From assembly GCF_009914755.1 (NCBI RefSeq), contig NC_060937.1: a stretch of DNA of 64,000 bases; one strand, written 5' to 3'. Positions 52,806-64,000 of the stretch are shown piece by piece. Both the position numbers and the translations under genes were made by a program. The stretch is from the human T2T-CHM13v2.0 reference genome, Homo sapiens. A model generated the notes under the pieces. That model was given only the letters and a program-made list of their open reading frames with translations. It was not told where the DNA came from and did no database searches. The stretch's first letter is position 1, and each line of letters starts with the position of its first letter.

Positions 52806-55800
52806 AGCCATGAGGGAAATAAAACACATGAATTATTCAATTTTGTTTAGTATATTAAAGGTTAACCTATGAAAACTATGTTGAAGTAGGAAATTCCAAA
52901 GTAAGACCCTGAAGACTGTGCAGCAGCACTTGTTACATGGAGCATCTAAAGGTCAGCAAATGCTTCATGAAAGCCTTTTGATGACAGCTGTCATTACAAC
53001 TTTACTACAAAGTAAGCTGTAGTAATAAAAGCACTCATGGGGAATGGTAGGCACTTTGAAACCAAAGGTTTACTGCTGGAGCTATTTTTACATGTCAGGT
53101 CTACTTATGAATAGAACAGCAAGAGAGACAAATGAAAAGTGTGTTCAAACTTGGTGGACAATGACTGTGTGGTTTAGGGTGAAAATTTTGCAATATTTCA
53201 TTTCACTTCCTGAGCTTACTCCAGACAGGTCACTGAATACTAAGAAGAAAATATAAACCCACAAAAATGGTATTACTTTTCTATTAATAAATATCTCTAA
53301 CATGTAGATCAATTAAAAATGTTAACCCCTTGATGGGGTGAAGATGTGGATTGTAGCATTTGTAAGTCTCAAATACTGGGGGCATTTCTGCTGCATTTCC
53401 TATGTACGACAGAAGAAGAGTTGTGCTTAATGGAAAGTAAGATTTTGCTTTTACAGAGTTAGTCATGTTGGTTTTAATTGATTGAGAATTCCCATGGTCA
53501 AATTAAAATAAGAATGTAATAGAAACAATGTCAAAGAACAGTCACTCCATCACATTATTTTACAGAGGATGGGGCTAGCACCAGTAGGTTAAGCGATTTG
53601 TCAAAGGTTGCATAATTGTGTGTGTAAAAGGGGGATAATAATTTCTGCTGTGAGGATCAAAGGAGATGAAAGCGCTCAGCAAAGCATGAACCAGATAAAC
53701 TGACTTGCTGATATAGCTTATATGAAAGTTCCTGACAGTATTTCAATGCTTTCATTATAATTTATTTTAAAAACCCTCCTATGTTGGTGTTGTGTATTAT
53801 ACGAAGTGTTCAATTGACAATTAGACTCCCTCTGTGGCAAATAGACTCCTGGATCTTATTTTTGTGAATTTAAAGTAAGAGGGGTCACATAAGCTGACAT
53901 GATACACTTAATTAGTATAAAAGTTGGTGGCAGGGGGATATTTTATTTACAGCTCATGTCCTATGTCCCTCATGTCTAGGCCCTTCTGTAAGCACCAGTT
54001 CTGGCATAATATGTTATTCCCTTTCTGGCGTGTGTTCCCAAATTCCCCTGAACTGAAGAGGTAAGATGTTTCCTCATCTCTGAAATCCCCTAACCCCAAA
54101 TAGAAATACCAGGGGTCACTCAGAAGATAACCTATCGGTCAGTAATTTAAAAAATAAATGATCATAAAATCAACAATATCTAAAACAACATACCACTCTG
54201 ACACGATAAAGTCCTCAATATTATGGATACAGAATTCATTAAAGTTAACCTAAAAATATTCTGTTCCTCATTTAGGATCTGTCTTTCCCAAATTATGAAA
54301 ACACAAATATACGATAAGTCCTCCATAAGTTCTTATAACCCATCCTCTGAAGGATGCAAATTTGTCCAGATCTAGCTTCTGTAGGGATAGCAAACACATC
54401 CCAATAATGAAAATGATTCTTTTAAGTTATAATAGCTTGCCATTTCCCTCATTTGGTTTTTAATGTCTTTGTGTTTAGTCGCCTCATCACCTTCAATCAC
54501 CTCTTCACCCTTAATCTCCACATCCACTTCTGGATCTATGTGATTATCTGCTAGTGATTATCCCAAAGATCTCTGATATAATGCCATGTTCTTCAGTCTG
54601 TTCTGAAATTTGTTTCATTTAACATTAGAAATTGTATGTATATTCCTTAGTGGCCTACTCTTTGCACATTTCCTGGAATTTTCTTGCATATGTGCAGAAG
54701 ACTTGAGTGATAGATAATTAAGGTTTGCAAAATAGTGATTGTGAAACTGAGGATGCTGCTAGGAAAAGCAAGGCAAATCTGACCCAAGACAGAGGACTCA
54801 GGCCTTGTGGGGTGAGCTCTGTAACTAACCAGCAAACAATAACCTAAAGATAAAAATTTGTTATTTTCTTGTATTTATATATGCATGAATAAGAGCAACC
54901 CACAGGAACACAGTGTCTGACCAAGGCAGGGATGAGATTCATAAAAGCAGAGGGTGCTGGTTAATTGAGAGAAGCCCATGCCTTGTCAGCTCAGGATTGA
55001 CAGGTTACAGGAGTTCCACACAGGCAGATGCTTTCTCCTCAAGTCCTAAGCTTCTAGAATTCTGCTAGTGGCTTGCAATCAGGCTGCCCAGGCCATTAGA
55101 TGGAGTTGAAGCAGTATGGTGAAGTCACAGACCACAAAACATTGTAAGTTGCAAACACAGGCTGTTTTGATGCCAGTCTGATTGGCTTCTGAGAAGCTAT
55201 TGCTTTGCATTCCTCTCCCTGGACTTCCGGTCACTTGTCATCTAGAAATTGTCACATCATCCACACTCAGGGTCATGCGACAGGCAAGTTCCTAAGCACA
55301 TGCTCAAAGTTCGCTTAAAATTTTCCTATCATGATTTTCTTATTCACAGTTCTGGAATCCATTATGAGATATGTGGTATGAGGTTTCAATTCACTTTAGA
55401 AAAAGAATTTTGGTCACCCATTGGTGTTATTAAAGTCCTTATGCAAAGAAACTGTTTTGAGACATAGTAAGACATGCTTAGTAACGTACTACTCATTATG
55501 CATTTTTAGCCTAATCATATATTACATTATTGTTATGGGTAGAACATTGTAATGCTGCGACTCTCTTCTCAATATGAATGCACACACTTAAAAACAAAAC
55601 ATTAATGAATGAGATAAAAATGTAATGAAAGGCTAGTGACTATATTTTAGGCAGAGATTTAATGTTCCCTTAAAGCTGCCAAACATGAGCAACAGATTTT
55701 AAGCAGAGTATTAAAGTATCAATGATAACCTATTTCCCTTAAGATGTTAGAATATTTGGATTAATTCTGTTTCATCCTTGACAATTCGTCTATTTCTCAA

Positions 55801-57129
55801 AGAATTGGTGAATGTCCTATTCTGCAGAAATTGAAACTTCTTGGGATTCTGGCCCAAAGTCATTCTTAAATAAAGCTTGAATAACTAAAGCTTGAAGAAC
55901 TGTGAACTTAATCATTATTAGAAACCAAAATGTATAATCTCCATATAGTATAAAATCTTCTTAGTAATTTTATCAAAAAATCCTCATGAATACTACTGCC
56001 TTTCCATAATCCAATATAAAAGAAATCAAATCACTACAGTAAGCGCTTTTCTGCTATAAGTTCAATAAGTTCTCAGATATGAAGAGAAAAAAAGAAAGGG
56101 TTTGGGAGGAGAAGGAATTTCTTCAGAGCTGCTCACCAGTAAGGTAGTTTCAAACAGAACAGAAAATCTTTAAATTTGTATTGCTTATGAATTCACTAAT
56201 TTTTGAGCCAAAATGACTACTGATTTATATAATCATAAAATTATACAATCATATATTCTACAATCAAAATATACCATATTTTACACAAATGTGTTATGTA
56301 CATATTATATAACTATATATTACATAACTATACAATTTCATGTAAAATATTTATCAATTTATACATGTAATTTCATTTTTAAGCTTTATATAATGTATTT
56401 GTTACTATATATTATTCAAAATTCTTCCTTCTGAAATAATATCCATCTTTCTTCATTTCTTATTCCATGGTTAAGAAATAAGTGTATTTAGAAGCATGAT
56501 TGAAATACTCTGTGTGTTGAAGAATGGAGTCAATACTTTCACAAATTGACTTAAACTTGGAATAAATCCTCTGAAGCAAAAATCATTTTAACCTTTTAAT
56601 CGTTTTAATCATTTAATCTTTTGAGAATTAGAAAAATGCCATATAGTATTCTAATAAAAATAGCCATTCGTATTTTAATATATCAACAGCAAACATTGGA
56701 CATTTTGTGACAAGACAACTTCTAATTATCCTATACAGGCTTGTCCATAATCAGGGATAGAGAACCTTAAAGTTTCAGTGATGCGTCTTGCTCTTTCTAA
56801 CTCAGTGCTACTATAGTTCAACATACTCTTTCAAGATAGGATTGCATAGAGAATAAAGTAGATATTGTTTGGAAGGATTTGGTGGGGAAATAAGAATATT
56901 TCTATTTCCCATGATGAGAATAATTATATGAGAGTATTAGGGAAAAAATATTATTTTTTCCAGTCACAAGGCCTAAGCAAAACTTCCATGTTACCTGATA
57001 TTTTTCTTCCTTTCTTAGTCTACTCACTTCTCTGCCCCACATCTGTATTCTCTCCTTCACTCGTACCTCTGAGAGCTAGGATCTCTAGCCAACCAGCTAC
57101 TGGAAGCAATGAACATCAACTTTGATGAG

Positions 57130-57315
57130 AGTAATTATGTGAATTATCTTAATTACCCTGTGAGATAGGTACTGCTATTGACCTCATTTTATAAACAAGG
57201 AAACTGAGTCTTACAGAGGTAAAGTAACTTGCTTAAAGACAAATAGGCAGCAACTGGATTTGAACTCAGGTTTCATTAACCCATATCCACACGATTAACC
57301 ATTAAGTGATGTTGC
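57130..57315 (-). mobile_element. MIR (MIRb-like)
   Basis: ccctgtgagataggtactgctattgacctcattttataaacaaggaaactgagtcttacagaggtaaagtaacttgc…ggatttgaactcagg. Confidence 0.88.
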
Positions 57316-57670
57316 CTGTTGGAAGTTCTACATAGACACTCACTGCTTCAGTAGGTTGCCAGCAACCTGTCATAAATGTACTGTCAGCCTATGCAAGTGT
57401 AATTCTTGTAAGTCAATCATTGCAGTTCCATTCAGACAAAAGAACACTCATCTTTCAAACAGTTGCATTATCCATCTTTACACTGTATTTTTGTCACCCC
57501 AAGTATATACCGGTATTTTCTCATATGTAAAGATGTTCTGAAAAGCTTTGATTATACGTGGACAATATACTGACAAAGAGCTGGTTTCCATGCACAATGG
57601 CAGATTGTTCCCAATTGATCTTTTCATTTATCCTAAATTTAGAATCACAGTGTCTTAAAAATACATTATG

Positions 57671-57868
57671 GGTAGAATGTGGTTACTAGGGGCTGCGGTA
57701 GGAGGAAGAGGGAAATTGTTCAAAGGGTATAGCATTTTAGATTTGCAAGATGAAAAACTTCTAAAGATTTGTTTCCATGTGTGAACATACTTAATACTTA
57801 ACTGTACATTGTAACACGATTAAGATGGCAAAATTTGTTATATATTTGTATCAGAATAAAGAAAAAAA
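57671..57868 (+). mobile_element. L1MB 3' end, ~200 bp
   Basis: gtagaatgtggttactaggggctg…tttgcaagatgaaaaacttct…gtgaacatacttaatact, A tail, possible TSD aaaa(t)acat(t)atg. Confidence 0.82.
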
Positions 57869-58243
57869 CATATGATACCACAATGCATGCTTATTGAATA
57901 TATACCACATACATTATACTACTTTAGTTTACATTTACTGAATCTTTAACATTGTTTCTTCATAAATCTACACATTTTAGCATATACCTGCCCTTTCAAC
58001 CTGTAACATATGACACATTATTCTCTCATTTAACTTATCTCTTGCTACTAAGCATATGGCTTCATCTATTCTTGACTGTTGGCTATATTATGCAATACTT
58101 AGCAGCAGGGTTATAGAAACAGATTAAACAGAGTTCAAAGTATACTACATCAGGTTTTTTTTTCGTGACTTTGTGCAAGCTATTTTCTCTGTTTGACTTC
58201 AGCCTTCTCATATTTAAGTGTAAATAAAAAATATATTTATTTA

Positions 58244-58556
58244 GTCTGGATGTGGTGATTCACGCTTGTAACCCCAGCACTTTGAGAGGCTGAGGCAAGC
58301 AGATCACTTGAGGCCAGGAGTTCGAACCCAGCCTGGCCAACATGGTGAAATCCTATCTCTATTACGAATATAAAAAAATTAGCTAGGCATAATGGCATGC
58401 GCCTGTAATCCCAGCTACTTGTGAAGCTGAGGCATAAGAATCACTTGAATCAGGGAGGCCGAAATTGCAGTGATCCGAGATCACGCCAGTACGCTCCAGC
58501 CTGGGCAAGAAAGGGAGACTCTGTCTCAAAAACAATAATAAAATTAAATTAAATTA
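58244..58556 (+). mobile_element. AluS (Sz-like) with (AAATT)n tail, inserted in a MIR relic (~58100-58240)
   Basis: gatcacttgaggccaggagttc…cctggccaacatggtgaaa. Degenerate TSD aaatatat(t/g)tat. Confidence 0.93.
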
Positions 58557-58779
58557 AATATATGTATAGTTATTTATGATGTCATGATAAATAAGTTGTG
58601 AACTTATGTATCATATCACAGCTATTGATCCATTGGAACCACCAACTGAATAAATTATAGAGAATAGTTATTAATAATTTAAAAAATTATATAATCCTGT
58701 CTTCATGTTATACTTCTCTCTGGCATTAAACCCAGCTTCCCTCTCCAAGGAAAATTATATAACATGAATAAATATGGGC

Positions 58780-59190
58780 AAATAGCAGATGTTCATAAAA
58801 CTAATATCCCCATCTATCTAGGTGCTGACTTGGCTAAATTTCTTTGGTCGTCATGCAGTTGCATTTGGCCATATGACAACATTCTAGTCCACTAGAAATT
58901 GGAGATAATTTCTGTGTTCCCCTTCCAGGGCTGGGCCCATAATATTCTTCCATTCACAGTCATCCATGCTGTTAATATTCTTGTAAGCTTGAGGCAAACA
59001 CAGCAAAGTTGGAAGTCATGATAAGACAGAGGTAGTCTTTTTGGAGTAGAGCCACCCACCAAATAGAAACATAGGTTTTGGACTGTATGTAATCAAGAAC
59101 TAACCTTCTTCGGTATTTGAATCTTCTTGATTCAGAGCTTTGTTTGTTCTAGCTACTGAACAGAGAAATTGGTACCTTGAAGTGGCACAA
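58780..59190 (+). mobile_element. MLT1(H/I/J)-like LTR followed by the start of internal sequence
   Basis: ggccatatgacaacattctagtcca…tttggactgtatgtaatcaagaactaacctt…agaaattggtacc. Confidence 0.6.
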
Positions 59191-59699
59191 CAAAGGAATC
59201 TTACAATGCTAGTTCCACCTGATTTCATACTCATTACAGATAATTATTGCTGTGTGTCTTGAATGCCCCCTTTTTATGAATAAACGTCTTTGTTATAATT
59301 ATCCTTGAATTTGCCTCTACTGTGAATCGGTCAAGAGACCGTAAAAATAATTAGATTACATATGGGTAATATAAGAGAACCCAGGTGCAGATACAATAGA
59401 GAGGACTACACATTAAATGGAAAGTCTGTGTTTGACCTAAAGGCAATAATTAGTTGATGACCTAAATAGTCTCCTTTGAGAAAGCAATGCGTGTATTGTT
59501 ATATATATAGGAAGAATATTAAAACAAAGATTTCATAACAGGAAGAGAAGACTGTGAGATAAATTGGCAAGCTATTCACATAAACAACTGCCTCTTCTTT
59601 CCAGATACAGCAGTTAGTCTTCTGGTTAGGTACTGCCATGTGACTGTACTCTGGATGTGTTTAATAGATATTTTTAAATGCTAGTCCTCTTGTCATGTA

Positions 59700-61680
59700 T
59701 AGGATTAATGCGGAAATCAACAGGATGGCTCTAAAATTCATATGAAAGAAATAATAGCCCAAATTAGCCAAAACAAGACACTGCTGACACAGCAAATTCA
59801 GAAAATTAATGGGATATTAAGCAGAAAGACAAATCAATGGAATAAATAGACCAGGAAGAGACAGATACCTATATGGAAAGTACTCAGTAAAAACTAATGG
59901 GACATTTGTTTACAGAGGAGAAAAAAATGAAATTGAATCCTTACATGTACAAAATCTGAAAATATATTACAGATGAATCAAAGAAAACATTAAAACTTTT
60001 GTAGAAAATATGAAAGAATATTCCCATGGCATTAGAATGAGCAGTAATTTTTTCCACAGGATAAAAAACTGATAAGAATATAGGAAAAGATTGATCTATT
60101 TTATCACATACAAATGATAATTTCTGCAAATTAAAAGGTACGTTAATGACAGTAAAATATATGCCACACATTGAACATATTATTTGAAACATATATTGAC
60201 TAACCGTTTGCATTTATAATCTACAAGGAACTTTAATAAATCAATGAAAAAGAAAAAAATTATTTTGGAAATGGGAAAATGACAGGAATTATATAAAGAA
60301 TCATTTTGTCTCTGGAATTTATTCCTTCCCATGGGTTATCGGTCTCACTGACTTCAAGAATGAAGCCAAGGTTCTTCGCAGTGTTAAGCTTTTAAGGATG
60401 GTGTTTCCGGAGTTTGTTGCTTCAGATGTTTAGATGTGTCTGGAGTTTCTTCCTTCCGGTGGGTTCGTGGTCTCGCTGACTTCAGGAGAGAAGCCACAGA
60501 CCTCCGCAGTGAGTGTTACAGCTCTTAAAGATGGCACGTCCAGAGTTGTTTGTTCCTCCTGGTGAGTTCATGGTCTCCTTGACTTCAGGAATGAAGCCAC
60601 AGACCCTCTCCGTGAGTGTTACAGCTCATAAAGGCAGTGCGGACCCAAAGAGTGAGCAGCAGTAAGAGTTATTGTGAAGAGTGAAAGAACAAAGCCCCCA
60701 CTCCATGAAAGGGGGTCCCACCAGGTTGCTGCTGCTGGCTCCGGTGGCCACCTTTTATTCCCTTATTTGGCCCTGCCCACATCCTGCTGATTGGTCCATT
60801 TTACAGAGCACTGATTGGTCCATTTTACAGAGTGCCAATTGGTCCATTTTACAGAGTTCTGATTGGTCCATTTACAGTCCTTTAGCTAGACACAGAGAGC
60901 TGATTGGTGCTTTTTTACAGTGTGCTGATTGCTGCATTTACAATACTTTAGCTAGACAGAGCGCTGGCTGGTGTCTTTACAATCCTTTAGCTAGACAGAA
61001 AAGTTCTCCAATTCCCCACTGGACCCAGGAAGTCCAGCTGGCTTCACCTCTCAATTTCAAGTGGTCCATAACATTTGAAATGTTTCTCAGCTTCATTAAT
61101 AATAAAGAAATATACTTTAGAATGAATGTGATATGTTATATAAGATATATAAAATTAGCAACAATTCAGTTTTCTCAACATAAAACATTGTCATAAATGT
61201 GTAGAAAAAGGACTCTCATTAAAAGTGATGGAAATTTAAAATGTAGTCGCAGTGATTTAGAAAAAAAATGTCTAAAATACTGTACCTGTGTGCAACCTAA
61301 AAACTACCTGTTTTCCTCTTATCAACATATCATATAAAATTATATTATATATGCACTAGGAGATATTTACAACAATAATGATTACAAGAATAGTTATATA
61401 AAAGCACTAATGACAGCAAAACTTCTAGTATAATTCAAATGTCCACTAATTGCAAAACAGAAAATGTAAAATGTGATAAATTACTATGATTAATATTATA
61501 CTCTACTGCAAATTAATGGAAAAAGCTTTACACCTCTACATGGAAAACTCACAAAAACATTAATTAGTAAAAAATGCAAATCACAAAAATACATGCAATT
61601 GTATGTCATTTTTATTAATTTGAAAAGCAGGGAAAGTAAATAAAATGTTTTTGGGATTATTACAGAATTTAGAGAAATTT
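59700..61680 (+). mobile_element. Ancient L1ME-like relic split by the LTR12
   Basis: ctctaaaattcatatgaaa…aaatcaatggaataaataga; after the LTR, cagcttcattaataataaagaaat…caaatgtccactaat. Confidence 0.68.
60307..61053 (-). mobile_element. Short ERV9 solo LTR (LTR12/LTR12_ type), 747 bp
   Basis: Minus strand TGAGAGGTGAAGCCAGCTGGACTTCCTGGG…CCAGAGACA with CCAAT repeats. Perfect 4-bp TSD ATTT at 60303-60306 and 61054-61057. Confidence 0.96.
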
Positions 61681-63754
61681 ACGTATCAATTATGTAAGAT
61701 AGGTGAGACTCAGCTAAACTCACAAAAATGAAAAAAAATCTCTGCATCTTTATAGAGTTTAGGCTAGATTTTTTTGTCCCTGTAAAATACTCAAAACAAT
61801 AAAGATAGCACCAGGAAAAAAAAATGGAAATTCTGAGATACAAGATGTATAAAAACATAGCTAGATATCACTTCTAGGTCAAAGAGTATGAAGTAATCAA
61901 CCTTTCCAAGAATAGGGCAGTCAGAATGCCAAAACTGATTAATGTTAAAGCTGACTGAAGAAATGGTTGTTGAAATTGTTCAAGTCAGGGAACATGTAAG
62001 CAACATAAAAAATTTGTAACTTTGCTTCTGTTAATGGTATTTGTAAAAATCAGCACATAATTTGTAAGAGGAAAAGAGTACAGGAGAAAACGTTTTGATG
62101 TAGAACAGTTTGCATTTTTGTAAGCCAAAGAAAAATAATTTATTTTCTTCAAGCACTGAATGTGGGAAGAACAGTCTAATTATTAGAGGGAATGGAAAGA
62201 TGGATCTAACTGGAAATAATTGATATATACTAAAACTTTTTTATTTCATAGCTAATGAGGAGAAAAAATGAAATTGAATCTCTACTTTGTATAAAATCTG
62301 AAAATATATTTTGTATGTTGTTTGCAACTATGCTTGTGAACACTATATAGTAAAAATATACAAAAAAATGCTGTAGTTTTGGTTAGATTTAAGTCAAAGA
62401 CATTCACTGATAAAAAATCTTTGGATGTGAATATTCCCCAAATCAGAACAATTGTCTCTGAATATTACCTCCGTTTGAAAGGTATTGGCATACATTTGTA
62501 TTAATCTTGATGTTTCAAAATAAGCCCTAATTTAAAAGTTATTCTACATGCAAACTAAAACAATATTAATAGAACTTCCCTTTTCAGAAACAATAAAAAA
62601 AAGACATTTTGTAAAATGTGGTCCTGAACAAGTCACAGTAAAAAATAAATATATACTTAATGTCTACCTCCTCAAAACAGAAGTTAGTTTCTATTCCTCT
62701 GTCTTGAAAACAAGGTGAAAAATCAGCCTATAAGCAACTTTGGGCAAAGGGTTGCCAAAACAAAGCTCAAGCAATTGAACTTGGACACCTCAAAAGAATT
62801 TGAGAGAATCTGACCACAGGATCCAAATTCTATTAATAACAGATACAAAGGTCAAGTGGCTCCTCCCAAGTAGCTTAGTTCATATTCCCATAGGGTCTAT
62901 AGTGTAACCCATTTAAATAAAGAATTCACAAATCAAATAATTGCCTTGAATATTACAATTTGGAAAAATGTCTCTTGAAATAAGCTATGGGGAGAAAAAA
63001 TGTAGCCATGTTGCATTTATACAGGTGTAAAGAGCAAAGCAAATGCTATTGCTGTTGTGTGCAGGCAGCTTTCCCTCTGACTGTACTTAGAAAATCCATA
63101 GAGATGCTGGTGTGTGGTGGGGACATTTTCCTTTATGCCTCTCAATGAAAGGAAAAAGTAATCTTCCTTTGCCCCCAGAGAATTAAAGCTCAATGTCGTT
63201 TGCTTAAATAATTACAATAGGTTAGAATTTTAGCACAATAACATATTTTTTAAATGTCAATGTTCAAAACCTTTCCTATTGAAAAAGGGATAAGCAGCAA
63301 AGACATGGCATTTAAATTACCTTTCTGGACTGTTAATATGGTTGGAATCTCTATTGTATTTATCTAAAGTAAGAACCCCAAATTAAAACACATTAAGGGG
63401 CATAATCAGGAATTTGAAATCTAATACAAATCATCTGTCAGGTGAGCCTAGAATAGAGAAGCTATACGATTCCATATGTAATACGTCAGTAAGATAGATT
63501 GGCTGCATCCTCCGCATTCCCTGTTTTTCTTCCTCAACACAAGATGATGGTAAGAATATATACCCCTGCTTTGTTAGGGAGAAACAACTACATCATCTGA
63601 AGAAATGTACAGTCCTAACATACCTTTGAAGAGGCACAGTTTCTTCTCTCTGCTTTGATCATGCAACTGGAAACAAAAGCCTTGAATAGGAGGAAGCACA
63701 AGAAGATTGAAGGCCCGTGTCATCACTTGGAGAAGAGCATCTAGGAAAATTTTG

Positions 63755-64000
63755 TGTTTATTTGTCTTATTTGGATTTTTAAATATATTCTTTACTTGTA
63801 TAGATTTAGGAGGTACAAAATGCAGATTTGTGACATGGATATATTGTGCATTGGTGAAGTCTAGGCTTTTAGAGTAACCATCACCCACACTGCGTACACT
63901 GTACTCATTAAGCACTCATCTTTCTCCCCACTACCACTCTCCCACCATTCTGAGTCTCTAATGTCTATTAATTCAACTCTCTGTGTACATGTATACACAT
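63755..64000 (-). mobile_element. L1MA (MA2/3-like) 3' end, continues past the window
   Basis: gatttaggaggtacaaaatgcagatttgtgacatggatatattg…gtgaagtctaggcttttag…accatcaccc. Confidence 0.85.

Noticed and set aside
60681-61196. 171-aa ORF with repeated DWSILQS
   Set aside because: Translation of the LTR12 CCAAT tandem repeats in antisense, with a GTG start.

Overview
Primate (human-like) genomic DNA: AT-rich, CpG-depleted and dominated by interspersed repeats. It reads as a gene-poor intergenic region or the inside of a very large intron. I find no credible protein-coding gene, RNA gene, CpG-island promoter or CRISPR array. The ORFs in the track are either chance ORFs or translations of Alu, L1 or LTR sequence. 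Recognisable content: an MLT2A solo LTR, two ERV9/LTR12 solo LTRs, a full-length THE1B (LTR-int-LTR), a THE1D solo LTR, MER34-like and MER66-like LTRs, eight Alu-family elements, MER5A, MIR/L2/MLT1 relics, a nested L1M cluster (36.9-45 kb) and an ~830 bp AT-only palindromic minisatellite. I see no evidence for a new gene-level biological system. The most unusual structure is an L1PA8-like insertion (27024-29253) whose inverted 5' piece is exactly the segment missing from the middle of its sense part (order C-inverted, B, D), which standard twin priming does not produce. Several small templated-copy events are also visible. Subfamily names come from my memory of consensus sequences and need RepeatMasker/Dfam confirmation.
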